Source: Octopus sinensis
Taxonomy: Eukaryota
Length of the DNA: 64,000 nucleotides
NCBI RefSeq assembly: GCF_006345805.1
Contig: NC_043014.1
Location: forward strand, 30,442,001 to 30,506,000
Direction: 5' to 3'
Below, piece by piece: positions 24,897-37,505 of this stretch. Within the stretch, counting starts at the first letter, position 1. Every line of letters begins with the position of its first letter. Under the pieces are notes generated by a model. That model was not told the DNA's origin and did no database searches. It was given only the letters and a program-made list of their open reading frames with translations. The position numbers were made by a program, and so were the translations under genes.

Positions 24897-26130
24897 TCAA
24901 GTTGAGTAAGCAATATTTTGAACCATGAAGAATTTGTACCAGATTTTTGCAGAGTTTTGAATTTTTTAAACATTTTTGGAAACTGTCTGTATTATCAGAC
25001 ATAGACTTGCCCAAATGCATCAATAAATTAACATTAATACTTTTTGCACTGTTGTTACAATCAACTGAAATGGAACTGTCAAAGTATGATATTTCAGCAA
25101 TTTTGCTATTCAACTTCTGAAAAACATACAAAGCTGCTGAAACTGCTCATGATATCAACAAAACATTTGGTGAGGAAATGACCAGTGAGTGGCCAGCTCA
25201 AAAATGGTTTAAATGATTTCACAGTGGAGACCTGAGCCTTGAAGATCATGAGCATAGTGGACGCCCATCTTCATCGAAGACAGTCAATTAAAAACCTTCA
25301 TTAAGGAAGAACCACTACTCAAGAATTGGCAAAAAAACTTCATCTTGGTCAGAAAACTGCCTACAACCATTTGCATGCAATCTGAAAAACCAAAAAGGCT
25401 CAGCAAATGGGTAGCATACAATTGGAATGAATATAAAAAAAAATGCACAGATATAAAATTTGCTAGTTGCTTCTTCCCCGTAACCAGACTTATCTATTTC
25501 ACAACTATATTGTAACTTGCAATGAAAGATGGATTCTGTACAATAATAAAAAAACGTTCCTCACAGTGGTTGAACCAAAATGGAGCACCAAAAATCTTCT
25601 CTAAATCTGAGCTCTTCAAAAAGAAGTTTATGAAGACTATTTGGTGGTGTACTGCTGGACTCATCCACTATAACTTCTTAAAACCCAGAAAAACCATTAC
25701 TGCAGGAACATGTCATGAAATTGCCAAAATGAATGAAAAACTGCTACTCCTCCATCCCAAACTGGTCAATAGAAGAGGGCCAATCATTCTTCATGACTAC
25801 TTCTTGACCACTGGTTTCACTAATGACACTCCTGAAGTTGAGGGAACTTGGCTACAAAGTTCTTCCCCACCCAACTTATTCCCCAGACCTTTCTCCTACC
25901 GACTACCATCGATTCAAAAGTCAAACCAATGCTGAAAGTACGTTCAAAGAATTCATCAGTTCCAGAACTCCAGATTTTCATGTTAGTGGAATAAACAAAC
26001 TTGTAACTCATTGGCAAAAATGTGTTGATTGTAATGGTACTTACTTTGATGAAAAAAATTTCCACATCATAGAAATATATTGTGATGAATTTCATGTTTC
26101 AAAACGTTGCTTACTTTTTACTTAGCCTGA
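24897..26130 (+). mobile_element. Decayed mariner (DD34D-type) transposon, near full length
   Basis: Disrupted transposase from ATG 25070: MELSKYDISAILLFNF*KTYKAAETAHDINKTFG...SGRPS; IVTCNERWILYNN; IILHD; HPTYSPDLSPTDYH. Imperfect TIRs TCAAGTTGAGTAA..GCAATATTTTGAACCATGAA versus TCAGGCTAAGTAAAAAGTAAGCAACGTTTTGAAACATGAA, inside TA runs. Confidence 0.93.
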
Positions 26131-26224
26131 TATATATATATATCAGCAACCTCTGATGAGCATAGGGTTATAAAATCAGATTGTTACCTAACACTCCATT
26201 GTATCCCTAGCAGGAAACTGATTG

Positions 26225-26500
26225 GTAAGATCAGCCATAAAATAAAATAAATAAATGCGCCCTTTCAAAGCCTAGCCAGCTCATGGGCCCTGTTTCCCAG
26301 TTTCTATGGCGTATATGTTCCCCAGCTGGACGGGACACCAGTCCATCGCAGCATTACTCATTTTTGCCAGCTGAGTGGACTGGTGCAATGTGAAATGAAG
26401 TGATTTGCTCAAGAACACAATGCGTTGCCTGGTCCAGGAATCGAAAGCACAATCTTATGATCATGATGCTGATACCCTAACCGCTAAGCCACGGTGGATA
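26225..26500 (-). mobile_element. tRNA-headed SINE family E
   Basis: GTGGCTTAGCGGTTAGGG...TTCGATTCC head, GTGTTCTTGAGCAA..CAGTCCACTCAGCTG centre, CTGCGATGGACTGG.GTCCCGTCCAG tail. Related copies at about 26850-27060 and 47900-48140. Confidence 0.78.
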
Positions 26501-27568
26501 TATAATATTCTACACTTCGGATAATATATATATATGTGGGAAGATGTATGATATGTATGTACATCTACGTATACGTATATATTTATATATATTTAATAAT
26601 CCTTTCTACTATAAGTACAACATTTGAAAGTTTGCGGGGAGAGGCATAGTTAATTACATCAACCCCAAGAGGACAAAAGGCAAAGATGACCTTGGTGAAA
26701 TTTGAACTCAGAACATAAAGACAAATGAACTGCTGCTAAGCATCTTGTCCAGCAAGCTGATGGTTCAGTCAATTCATCCCCCTTATATATATATTTAATT
26801 ATAACCAATATAAATGTTTGTTAATTGGATGATTCCACCAGTCACACTTCATGCAAAAGACTGGGGTTTTCATTCCTGCACCAGGTGATGCATTGTGTTC
26901 TTGAGCAAGACACCTTATTCCATGTTGCTCCAGTCCACTCACCTAGCTAAAATGAGTATTCGTGTGACAGACTGGAGTCCTGTCTCAGTGGGGAACATAT
27001 TCACCACAGAATCTGAGAAACCAGCCTTATGAGCCTGTGGTTCAAGAAGGATCTTTGAACCTGTAACTAATAAACACACATACACACACATATAAATTTA
27101 TGTAATATAGATCAGTAACACCCTTCTCACTAGTAATGCCTACCCTGTATATTGCACAACTGTAATTCTATTTTCGCAAATAAACTGCACTTCATATTCA
27201 AGGCTCTGATGAAGCTACAGGATGTTACTCAGGCACTCAGCTGTGAGTTCACCACATCCCATAGCTATAAACTAATCAAAGTTCATAACATAACCATAGT
27301 TTTTTGTGTCATCACTTTTTCTTATACATGTCATATGTGTGTGTGTATATATATATATACAATAACTTTGGCACCCACACCTTGTGTGTATTTGTAAAGT
27401 GAAGATAGAGTACATCTTGATAGCTGGCGAAAATTATTAAGTGTACAAGCGAAAATGATACAACACAAAGGATTAATTGAATGATTATGATAAGAAACAA
27501 AACCATGCTAATTGTTAATGCACACACATATCTATCTATCCCTATATATATGTGTGTGTGTATACATG

Positions 27569-27650
<82 letters not shown>

Positions 27651-28239
27651 GTACACATTATTTAATTATTTAATTATTATTTAATTAGTATAAACACAAC
27701 GAAAATGTTGGGTGCTTCAATTCTTTACATGTTTTAGATAGAAACAAATGAAATAAAACACAAAAGCAACCCGCAAAATATACAAATCTGAGATTAATTG
27801 TGTGAATATTTCAAAGCACATTAATGTAAGGTTAAGATTTGCTGTTATAATTAACAAATTTAGGTAAGGTATATAAAAGCCAATAAACGCTCTTTATTTT
27901 TGTTTAACTCTTTAGCATTCAAATTGACCATATCTATCCAAAATATTCCCCCAGTTTTATGTTTAAACCAGCCAGATCCAGCTTCTCACACTGACCCTAC
28001 AATGTCATTTTAAAAGCAGAAAATCACATCGTCAAATTTGTGAAGGTGCGAGTTGAGTGCCCTTCTTTCATTTGTCCACTCACTCATACATATTATATTT
28101 GTTTTCACCAAATGTCCTCCTTCAAATGTTTCAAAACGTTACAGTAAAACTATTGATTGATGGTCTGGCCCAGGGGGACAAATTCTCAATACTCAATACT
28201 ACATTTCCAGGGGTGACGTTTGTGGCAGGTCTTTCAGGG

Positions 28240-28745
28240 ATGTTCTTCTGCTTTTAATGCAACCTTGCCATGCTTTTTATGTAGCAATAGCATCAGTACT
28301 TTCAATGTAACAACAGCATGAGTGCTCTTTATGTGGAACCAGGACCAGTATCAATTTTGCTGTGGAGGACGGGTCTTCTTGAGTACAGCAAGGCACCAGA
28401 TATCTCAGTCCTTAGTCATCTCCTTCATAAGGCTCAGTGTCTCGAGATCGACCTTCAATACTTTATCTCCTGTCTTCCTGGGTCTCCCTCTCCCACAAGT
28501 TCCATCCACTTTAAGTGATTGGCACTTCAGTATGCAACTGTCTACATCCATGTGCATCACATGACCAAACCAATGTAGTCTTCTCCCTTGCAAACTGCAT
28601 CTAATTCTTCTTATGTCCAACTTTTCCCTCAATACACTAGCACTCTATCACACACATACATCTAGTGGAGCATAATAGCTTCATTCCTCTCTAGCATTTG
28701 CATGTCTTCTGCATTTGGGACCCATACTAAGATCGAAGTGTAGTG
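28240..28745 (-). mobile_element. RTE-clade LINE 3' end (decayed)
   Basis: MREKLDIRRIRCSLQGRRLHWFGHVMHMDVDSCILKCQSLKVDGTCGRGRPRKT; same family as 7290-7830. Confidence 0.9.
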
Positions 28746-28969
28746 TATATATATTTGCATATCATATAAGCAGTTATGGATGCATTTACATGTATGTATA
28801 CTCATGTATAGGCATGCGCATGCACACACACACACACACACTAATTTGTCAGATAAATTTTTCATATATTTTTTTTCAACTTGACACTCCATCATCATAT
28901 ACCTCGAAAGATGTAAAATTTGTTCAAATAAACAACAAACAAAATTTGTAGAAAAAGAATAGATCCAAT

Positions 28970-29018
<49 letters not shown>

Positions 29019-30361
29019 AACACACTAAGTGAAATATCTTTTGTGTTAATTCATATAACATTGGAAAGGATTAAAATAAATGGCAAAAAATTTGAACAAA
29101 TTTATCTGACAACACAATATATGGAAATAGGAATGTAGGTAGGCTGATATGTTAGTAGATAATAGTTAGTTGTGCATGTAAACAATTAAGTGAAGTTTAA
29201 TACATGGAAACCAATAAGCATTGAATTGGACCCAGTTCTCATAGATTATAGTAACAAAAAAATATCGTTCATAATTATGCTACTGAGAATTTTGTTCAAT
29301 GATTTCCAGTCCCTTTGAAGACAGAGATATGGATTCAATCCACTAGCATGATCTTCATTAATTTTTTTTTAGGAATTAATGAATGTTCTTATATCTTTGC
29401 ATGCTTATAAGTACACAATAAGTTGTTAAGACCACTCGATAATAACAACAACGACAATGATGATGATGATGACGATAATGACAACGACAATGATGGAAAC
29501 TTGAACAACAACAACAACAGTAACAACACCATTAAAAATAATAATAGAAACACTATCAAGAAGATGATAGAAACTAAATTATATACATTTAAAGAAAGGG
29601 ATGAACAAATGGTTGAATGAAACACAAATTGGGTGATTGAAATGTAGATAATTTGTTATTATTGGTGGGTGAGGGGAATCATAATGGCATAACACAAAGG
29701 GAAGAAATGACAAATAAAAACTCAATTAATAGTTAATTAACTTCATAGTGAAACAGAACTTAGTTAATCATTAAAAATTAGACAAGTGTTATATGAAATG
29801 AAGTCAGGGACACAATTTCTGAGAGACCAGAGTTGAGAGGTAGAGCAGTCATATATGTGAGCCAAATAGATATGAATGTATCAAAGTTAGAATATAACAA
29901 GTAGAGTTGTTGCTGGATTCTAGATAAAAATAAATGAAAGAATAAACTCAACAATAGAAGGATGGGGAAGGACCATTCAACCAAATAAGAAATTATATCA
30001 TTTTGTCTTTACAATTCTGCAAGGTGTAAAGGAATAAATTCATGTTTAATTATATACATGTGTGTACATGTGCATGTATGTGTGTGAGTTGTATATTAGT
30101 GTGTGTCTACATATGTTAGTGAAAAGGAATAGTTTTAAGATTTAAAGTAAAATAACTGCCAAGTATTTTAAAACTGAAGAAAGTCTATACACACACACAT
30201 ATATATGGAAAGAAGGGGTGTATTTCCACAAAGGGAAAAATATATTTGAAAACAATAACAAGTTTTTCAAATTCAGGTGCATTTTCAAAAACAATTTCCC
30301 TTGTGTGTTGTCTGGATGTTTTGCGTTCTTGTCCCATTTTGTATTTTATATATATATATAC

Positions 30362-30409
<48 letters not shown>

Positions 30410-30950
30410 ATACTTCTCTCTCATCTCTTCTCTTCTCTTCCCATGTGACTGATCAGCCAGCCTGCTCTCTCTCTCTGGGTCTGACCGTGGTCCGTGTGAC
30501 ATCGATATTCTTCCCTGTGTTTGTGAAATTTTTGTATCAATGCCATAAGGCTTCATTTCTACACGCACCAGCTTAATTCAATTCGTCCTTAGTCGAAAGA
30601 CACTTGTTGTTATGTCCTGATATTATTTTTATTGTATTTATTTTTTTATTGTATTTATATTCGTGTAACATTGTCCGTTTTTTCCGTCCTTGATTTTGTA
30701 TACATTTGATGCTTTCTTCCAAGGAATCTAATGCTCTTAGCTTAGTTTTTCCTTGGGACTGGCCAGATTGGAGCAATAATCAGCCAAAATTGCGAGGATA
30801 ATCTGGTTCTTGACTAAAGATAGAAAACTTCGAATGACCCGTCCTTGTTTTCTTTGTATTGTCTATCTGGATGTTTTGTTGTCCCTTTTTGTATCACGTA
30901 GTTGTCTGGATGTTTTGCGTTCTTGTCCCATTTTGTATTTTATATATATA

Positions 30951-31357
30951 CTAGCAGCATAGCCCGGCGTTGCCCGGGTATCTAAGAGCCCCTAGTAGGC
31001 AACGACTAATCCCAATCTAGTCCTTTCCCTCTAGGGAACGAAGGTGCATGTGTAGGTTGCAATGTCTTCTCTTCACTCGAATACTTCTGTGTATACGATG
31101 TTCCTAGCTGTCCCTAGCTGTCGAGTTGTGTCCCCTAGACAGAAAATTTGTTGCATATAAAAAGCTTAGATTCTCGACCCCATGTCGAATTTATCGATTT
31201 TTTTCAGAACTGGGGGAACTTTTCAAAATTTTCGCTGCGTTAGTTTTGAATTATGACATTGGGCTATGTGTGTGTCAAGTTTCATCAGAATCGGTTGAAA
31301 GCCGTGGTCAGGGTGAGGGTACAACCTGACAGACACACAGACAGACAAACTGCCGTT

Positions 31358-31450
<93 letters not shown>
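30951..31450 (-). mobile_element. Non-autonomous Helitron
   Basis: Minus: A|TC 5' end, microsatellite, GTTTGTCTGTCTG...AACCGATTCTGATGAAACTTG, 3' GC hairpin CCCGGGCAACGCCGGG 8 nt before terminal CTAG|T. No TSD. Confidence 0.85.
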
Positions 31451-31469
31451 TACATACATATATATTTAT

Positions 31470-32460
31470 GTTGTTTACATTCTGTCTCCTATCCAAGCTT
31501 GCTTTTCTGCATTTGTCACCTCACCTCATTTAGGCTAAGCAGCCCTTCCAGTTTGTTTGCACTGTTCTGTTTTCGTTACCAATTTTGACCCTCCGCAAAA
31601 TCCCAAATTTTATTTAATTTCCTTTGCAGGAGCAACTGTTTTATTGAAGGCATATCCTGTCATGAATTGCTCAAAATACAGATTAGGAAAACAGCCAACA
31701 TCTGATGAAGGGTCATTTGTTATGTTGCTTGTCTTGTTTCCTATTTGTTTCTTTCGTTGTTTGTAAAAAGAGTTCATAGTCCATGTAATCATATTTCATA
31801 TCTCATGTTTTCGTAGGGTCAACGTTGGGAACAAAAACAGGACAGTGGAGACATACAAGGAAACTGAATGAAAATAAACATGGAGGGTTGTTAAACCAGA
31901 ATGTGGGTAAAATAGGAAATGCTGGAGAAATATTTTCTTTGACAAGAGAAAAGTTAGAAGAGAGAGATAAGTATACATCCAGTCTTTAGGACAGTCCTGA
32001 AAGAAAAGAAAGATGATCACGTGAAGAAAAGAAAGATGGACGATGGTTACATGTGAACAACGAGAGAGAGAAAAGGAGAAAGAGAGAGAGAGAGAGTGTT
32101 CTATCTTTTCTCTTGTCAAAGAAAATATTTCTCTAGCATTCACTATTTTATCCTTGTTCTGGTCTAACAACCCTCCATGTTTGTTTTCGTTCGGTTTCCT
32201 TGTATATCTCCACTGTCCTGTTTTTGTTCCCACCTTTGACTCTCCAGAAATCCCAAATTTTATTTTGGTACTTATGGGAGCAACTGTCTTCGAAGACTCA
32301 TATTGTTGTTCAATGCTTGAAATGAGGAGTAGATAGATAGCTGACAACTGATGAAGGGTCATTCTTTGAGCTACATGTCCTGTTTTCCATTTGTTTCTCA
32401 CATTGTTTGCGTATTGAACTCATTTGTTTTCGTATTTCATGTTGTTTACTGTTGGTGACT
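31470..32460. mobile_element. Composite with direct and inverted copies of one repeat (Penelope-like architecture)
   Basis: Direct copies at about 31555-31790 and 32210-32430; inverted pair at about 31824-31955 and 32105-32235. Confidence 0.55.
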
Positions 32461-32598
32461 TCCTGTACCTATATATGCATGTGTGTTTGTGTGTGTGTAT
32501 ACATATACATATATATGCATACATATATGTGTATGTATATATATATATATATTATTTATATTATTATTTGATTGAATGCCACGCATCCATTTCCAAGT

Positions 32599-32629
<31 letters not shown>

Positions 32630-33384
32630 CAAATATATACATATATATATATACATACATATATACAGACACACACGCACACATAATGAGAGGGGTGGAG
32701 AAGGATGCTAGATAATAAAGTTCAGCATTAATTGAATCTCTGAGATTATATCACCTTGGTTACTAACCAAGATTTCTACAGGAAAAGATACAAGAAAGTA
32801 TAACAATCAGAGACACAGCTGTAAACACAGACAGAAAGATGCACAAGTGTGTGTCTGTGGTGGTGGTGGGGGGGGGGATTACAATGTGTTTACTGTTTGT
32901 TAGAACTAAGGAGGAAGAGATAGGGAAGAGAGACCCTTTTGTAGCAGATCTCGTGTGAGAAGATAGTAAGAAGTGAGAACTGGATAATATAGTTGTAGAT
33001 ATACGATTCCTTAAAGAAAAGATAGGATGGTTACAGGTTGAATAAGTTACCTGGGCGTGGTGAGGCTAAAAGACAATGATAACATCTAACAAGAGAAGAG
33101 TTGCAGAAAACACAAAAAAAAGGAAGAGAGAGAGAGAAATGGGGGAGAAATTTTAGGCAAGAGAAAAATGATTGAGCCAATCAGAGAGCCATTATATAAA
33201 GACAAGAAAGAGAATTTGAAATAATATGCAATATGTGATGGAAAAGAGGAGAGAAATGACTATTCAGAATTAGAGAAAAGTTCGAAGAAATTAAGATCAA
33301 GGTAGACTTGATTAGTTTTAGGGACCTGTATGTATGTGTGTGTGTATTAGGTATGTATACTCTGTCAGTTACAACAACAAAGGT

Positions 33385-33739
33385 TCCAGTTGATCCAATC
33401 AATAGAACAGCCTGCTCGTGAAATTAACGTGCAAGTGGCTGAGCACTCCACAGACACATGTACCCTTAATGTAGTTCTCAGGGAGATTCAGCATGACACA
33501 AGGTGTAACAAAGCTGAGCCTTTGAAATACAGGTAGAACAGAAACAGGAAGAAATAGTGAGAGAAAGTTGTGGTAAAAGAATACAGCAGAGTTCACCACC
33601 ACCACCCCTCTGCCAGAGCCTCATGGAGCTTCAGGTGTTTTCGGTCAATAAACACTCACAATGTCCAGTCTGGGAGTCGAAACTGCGATCCTATGACTGC
33701 GAGCTTACTGCCCTAACCACTGGGCCATTGCACCTCCAC

Positions 33740-33740
<1 letters not shown>
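33385..33740 (-). mobile_element. tRNA-headed SINE family D
   Basis: Minus head GGAGGTGCAATGGCCCAGTGGTTAGGGCAG...GTTTCGACTCCC; the first ~190 bp match the insert at 21997. Confidence 0.8.
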
Positions 33741-33803
<63 letters not shown>

Positions 33804-33832
33804 ATATAATATATAATATAATATATATATAT

Positions 33833-33881
<49 letters not shown>

Positions 33882-33882
33882 G

Positions 33883-33916
<34 letters not shown>

Positions 33917-35489
33917 CAAAATGAAAATAAACTGGGTGAAGATGTTTTAGAAGGTCATTAATTATAATTAGACTCATCTAACTTGTTAATGGTATTCATG
34001 CTCTGGATCTATTAACTTGTATTCTTTTATGAGTTTTTTAATTAGTTTTCCACATGTTATTGGTATTGTTGTTGTCGTTGTTGTTACTGTTATAACTAGC
34101 ATTGCAAGATTTTAACATCATTATTATTAATAAGGTGGTGAGCTGGCAGAATCATTAGTGTGTTGAGCAAAATGCTCTTTTATGTTCTGAGCTCAAATCC
34201 CACCAAGGTCAACTTTGCCTTTCATCCTTAATGGGTTGATAAAATTGAGAACCGGTCTATGTAATCAAATTACCTTTTCCTCTCAAATTTGCTCGCCTTG
34301 TGCCAATTATTATCGTTGTTGTTATTAATTACTGCCTTAATAGGCAGCAAGCTGGTAGAGCCATTAGCATGTTGGACAAAATGCTTAGCAGCATTTCATC
34401 CATTTTTATCTTCTGAGTTCAAATTTTACCAGGGTCAACTTTGCTTTTTCATCCTTCTGAGGTTGATGAAATAAGTACCAGTCAAGTACTGGTGTCACAG
34501 TAATCAATGTCTCCCTCCACTCCAAAACTGCTGGGCCCCATGCCAAAACTTGAAACCATTATTATTAAGACGGTGAGCTGGCAGAATCGTTAGCATGCCA
34601 GGCGAAATGCTCAGTGATATTTCATCTAGCATCATGTTCTGAGTTCAAATTCCGCCAATGTCAACTTTGCCTTTCATCCTTTCGAGGTTGATACAATGAG
34701 TACGAGTGAAACACCAAGGTCAATATAATCAACTAGTACCCTCCCCACAAACTTTAGGCCTTGTGCCTTCAACCGAAAGGATTATTATTATTATTATTAG
34801 CACCGCCCTGACTGGCCTCCGTGCCGGAGGCATGTAAAAAGCACCATCCGATCGTGGCCGTTTGCCATGAAATGATGATGATGATGATGATGATGATTAT
34901 TATTATTATCATTATCATTATTATTATTTTTACTAGTATTATTCTGGCCCTATGCCAAAACTGGAAACCGTTATCATTATAATTATTTTCCCCCTCATCT
35001 TGTTTACACACAAAAACCCTCACAACACACACATTATTTGTTTTGTCCTGTACTGTCCATAATGCTTTTCTTAATGTAATCTCTTTGTAGTCAATAAAGA
35101 AACCATTAATCTACTGCAACAGTCCTTATTGCATGTTCTGCAGTTCTTTAGCTTTTTTCAATCTTCATGTTGAAGGTCATGCCTTAGCACCATGCTGTTG
35201 CTGTGTTGGGGTTTTCTTAGCTTAGGGTCAGCACGTTATCAATATTCAAAAGACAATGACCATCACATCTTTTATTCAAACAGCATATCTGAGGCTACAT
35301 TGTTCAGTATGCCATGTCCTTCATTTTAAAAGACAAATTTGAAGATTTTGCAAAATTTCTAGCAGGTTGAGCAACCTTGTAAAAGCTCTTCTGTTGATTT
35401 GTCTACCTTGTTACTGTTACTAGTAGTGGTGGTGCTGTTTTTATGTCATTTGTTTCTTTATGTTTAGCACTGTCATCATCATCATCATC

Positions 35490-35890
35490 ATGATATAATA
35501 TATTGAAATTATTATATACAGTGCTCAGGTGCACCACAACTTGTCAAAAGTGCATATAAAGCATATGCAGTAATGTACAAATGTCTGGAAAGTGAACAGT
35601 GTATGAGTCAGATACATGCTTGCGTGTGTATGGAGGGGAGAAAATCAGGTGTAGTGTTGGCGAATCTCTGGAAGCATGGAAGTTTTGAAGGATGCAGTGC
35701 TCCAACAACTAACAACTGATGCTGGCAGTTTGTTCCATGCTTCAGCAAATCTTAGCATGAAAAAATGTTTCCGAAAGTCATGGGAGCTGTGCTGGTTTCT
35801 GACTTTGTAAACATGTCCACAGGTGTTAGACAGTTGAAGTTTGAAAAGGTGCTCAGAGTTATTGTTAGTAAGATGGTTAATAATTTTATC
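35490..35890 (-). mobile_element. CR1-type LINE 3' end
   Basis: NTCGHVYKVRNQHSSHDFRKHFFMLRFAEAWNKLPASVVSCWSTASFK matches CR1 C-terminal TRGH.YKL......R..FFS.RVV..WN.LP..VV...S...FK. Confidence 0.85.
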
Positions 35891-35899
35891 GGTGTTTGC

Positions 35900-35934
<35 letters not shown>

Positions 35935-36724
35935 ACAACAACACTGCCATCATTATCATCACTATCAACACATCATCATAATCATCAGTTGTTATTGCAG
36001 CTCTGTAATGGCAATTGCTATAGTTACAGTTATCACACTATTGTAAATTGTGTGTCTGAATAAAGGAGGGGTGTCTTTCATTTGTTTATTTACTAATTGA
36101 AGTTGTTATTGTTGCAATCAGTGTTATTGAAGTATGGGTGAAAGTGGTGGTAGGGAGAGAGTCCAAGACCAAACATTTGGTCCAAATGCAAGACAAGAAA
36201 TAAAAGAGGAGTAGAAGAAGTAGAGGATTCTCGAATCCAGAAGATGCACACCAAGCCAAGCTATTGCATAAAGACAAGGAGAAAAAGAGATAGGTATAAC
36301 AAGAGAGAGAGGGAGGAGAGAAAGAGAAAGGAGGGTGGAGACAAGAACAGATAAAGAGATACAGAAAGAGAGGGAAAGAAGAGAAATAGTGGAATTTCTA
36401 GACAAAAGAGAAAAACTAGAGAGGAAAAATCCAAATTCCAAAGAAAAACAGCAATAACAACAACACAACAAAAGATAAACAAAAAGTTATAACCACACAC
36501 TCACACACATTCAAAAAAGAGAATTAATTAATAATAAAAGTTATTTTCAAAGAATTCTTCTCCAATTTCATTAGGGTAAACACAAGTTACAAACACCAAT
36601 ATTTCTGTCTGAGAATTTAGTATAAAATTATCTTTTTTGTTATTTTTTTCTTTTCAGAAGGGAGAGGCCATTTTATTTCAATATCAGGTTGTTGTCGTTG
36701 TTATTATTATTATTAACATTATTA

Positions 36725-36774
<50 letters not shown>

Positions 36775-36964
36775 GGCATATTAGTGCAGTTATGTCACCA
36801 AAGACTCGGCTTTTACTTTTGTTTGCTTATGTTGCTACATCCTTGGCAATGATAACATGTAAAAATTTCACTTTGGGCCATTGTTTAAAGCCAGATCAGC
36901 CTTGAAGAGTTAAAATCAAATGTTTTAATTTTTTAGAGGGGAGGGGGTGAGCTTGTTTTGTGTT

Positions 36965-37011
36965 GTTATACATACATATATATATACACACACACACATA
37001 TATATAATTAG

Positions 37012-37085
<74 letters not shown>

Positions 37086-37089
37086 ATTG

Positions 37090-37126
<37 letters not shown>

Positions 37127-37329
37127 TTATATATGTATATGTATATATAAATACATATACATTATATACATATATATTATATACATTATATACATATACA
37201 TATGTATATAATTGTATGTATATATATATATATATCCTTATATATGTATATGTATATATAAATACATATACATTATATACATATATATATATTATATACA
37301 TTATATACATATACATATGTATATAATTG

Positions 37330-37366
<37 letters not shown>

Positions 37367-37411
37367 CCTTATATATTTATATGTATATATATGTATATGT
37401 ATATATATATG

Positions 37412-37453
<42 letters not shown>

Positions 37454-37505
37454 CTTATATGTGTGTGTTTATATATATATATATATATACACACACATAT
37501 ACACA
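36965..37505. repeat. TA-rich satellite with a ~115-bp higher-order repeat
   Basis: ATAATTGTATGTATATA...ATCCTTATAT recurs at about 37083, 37209, 37323. Confidence 0.85.

Noticed and set aside
29423-29620. Asn/Asp-rich ORF
   Set aside because: Translation of (AAC)n/(GAT)n microsatellites, with no splice or homology support.
31270-31300. Minus-strand CTGATGAAAC as a hammerhead
   Set aside because: Part of the Helitron internal motif; no stems.
31690-32380. CTGATGA boxes at about 31702 and 32348 as hammerheads
   Set aside because: No downstream GAAA box or stem II/III in either copy.
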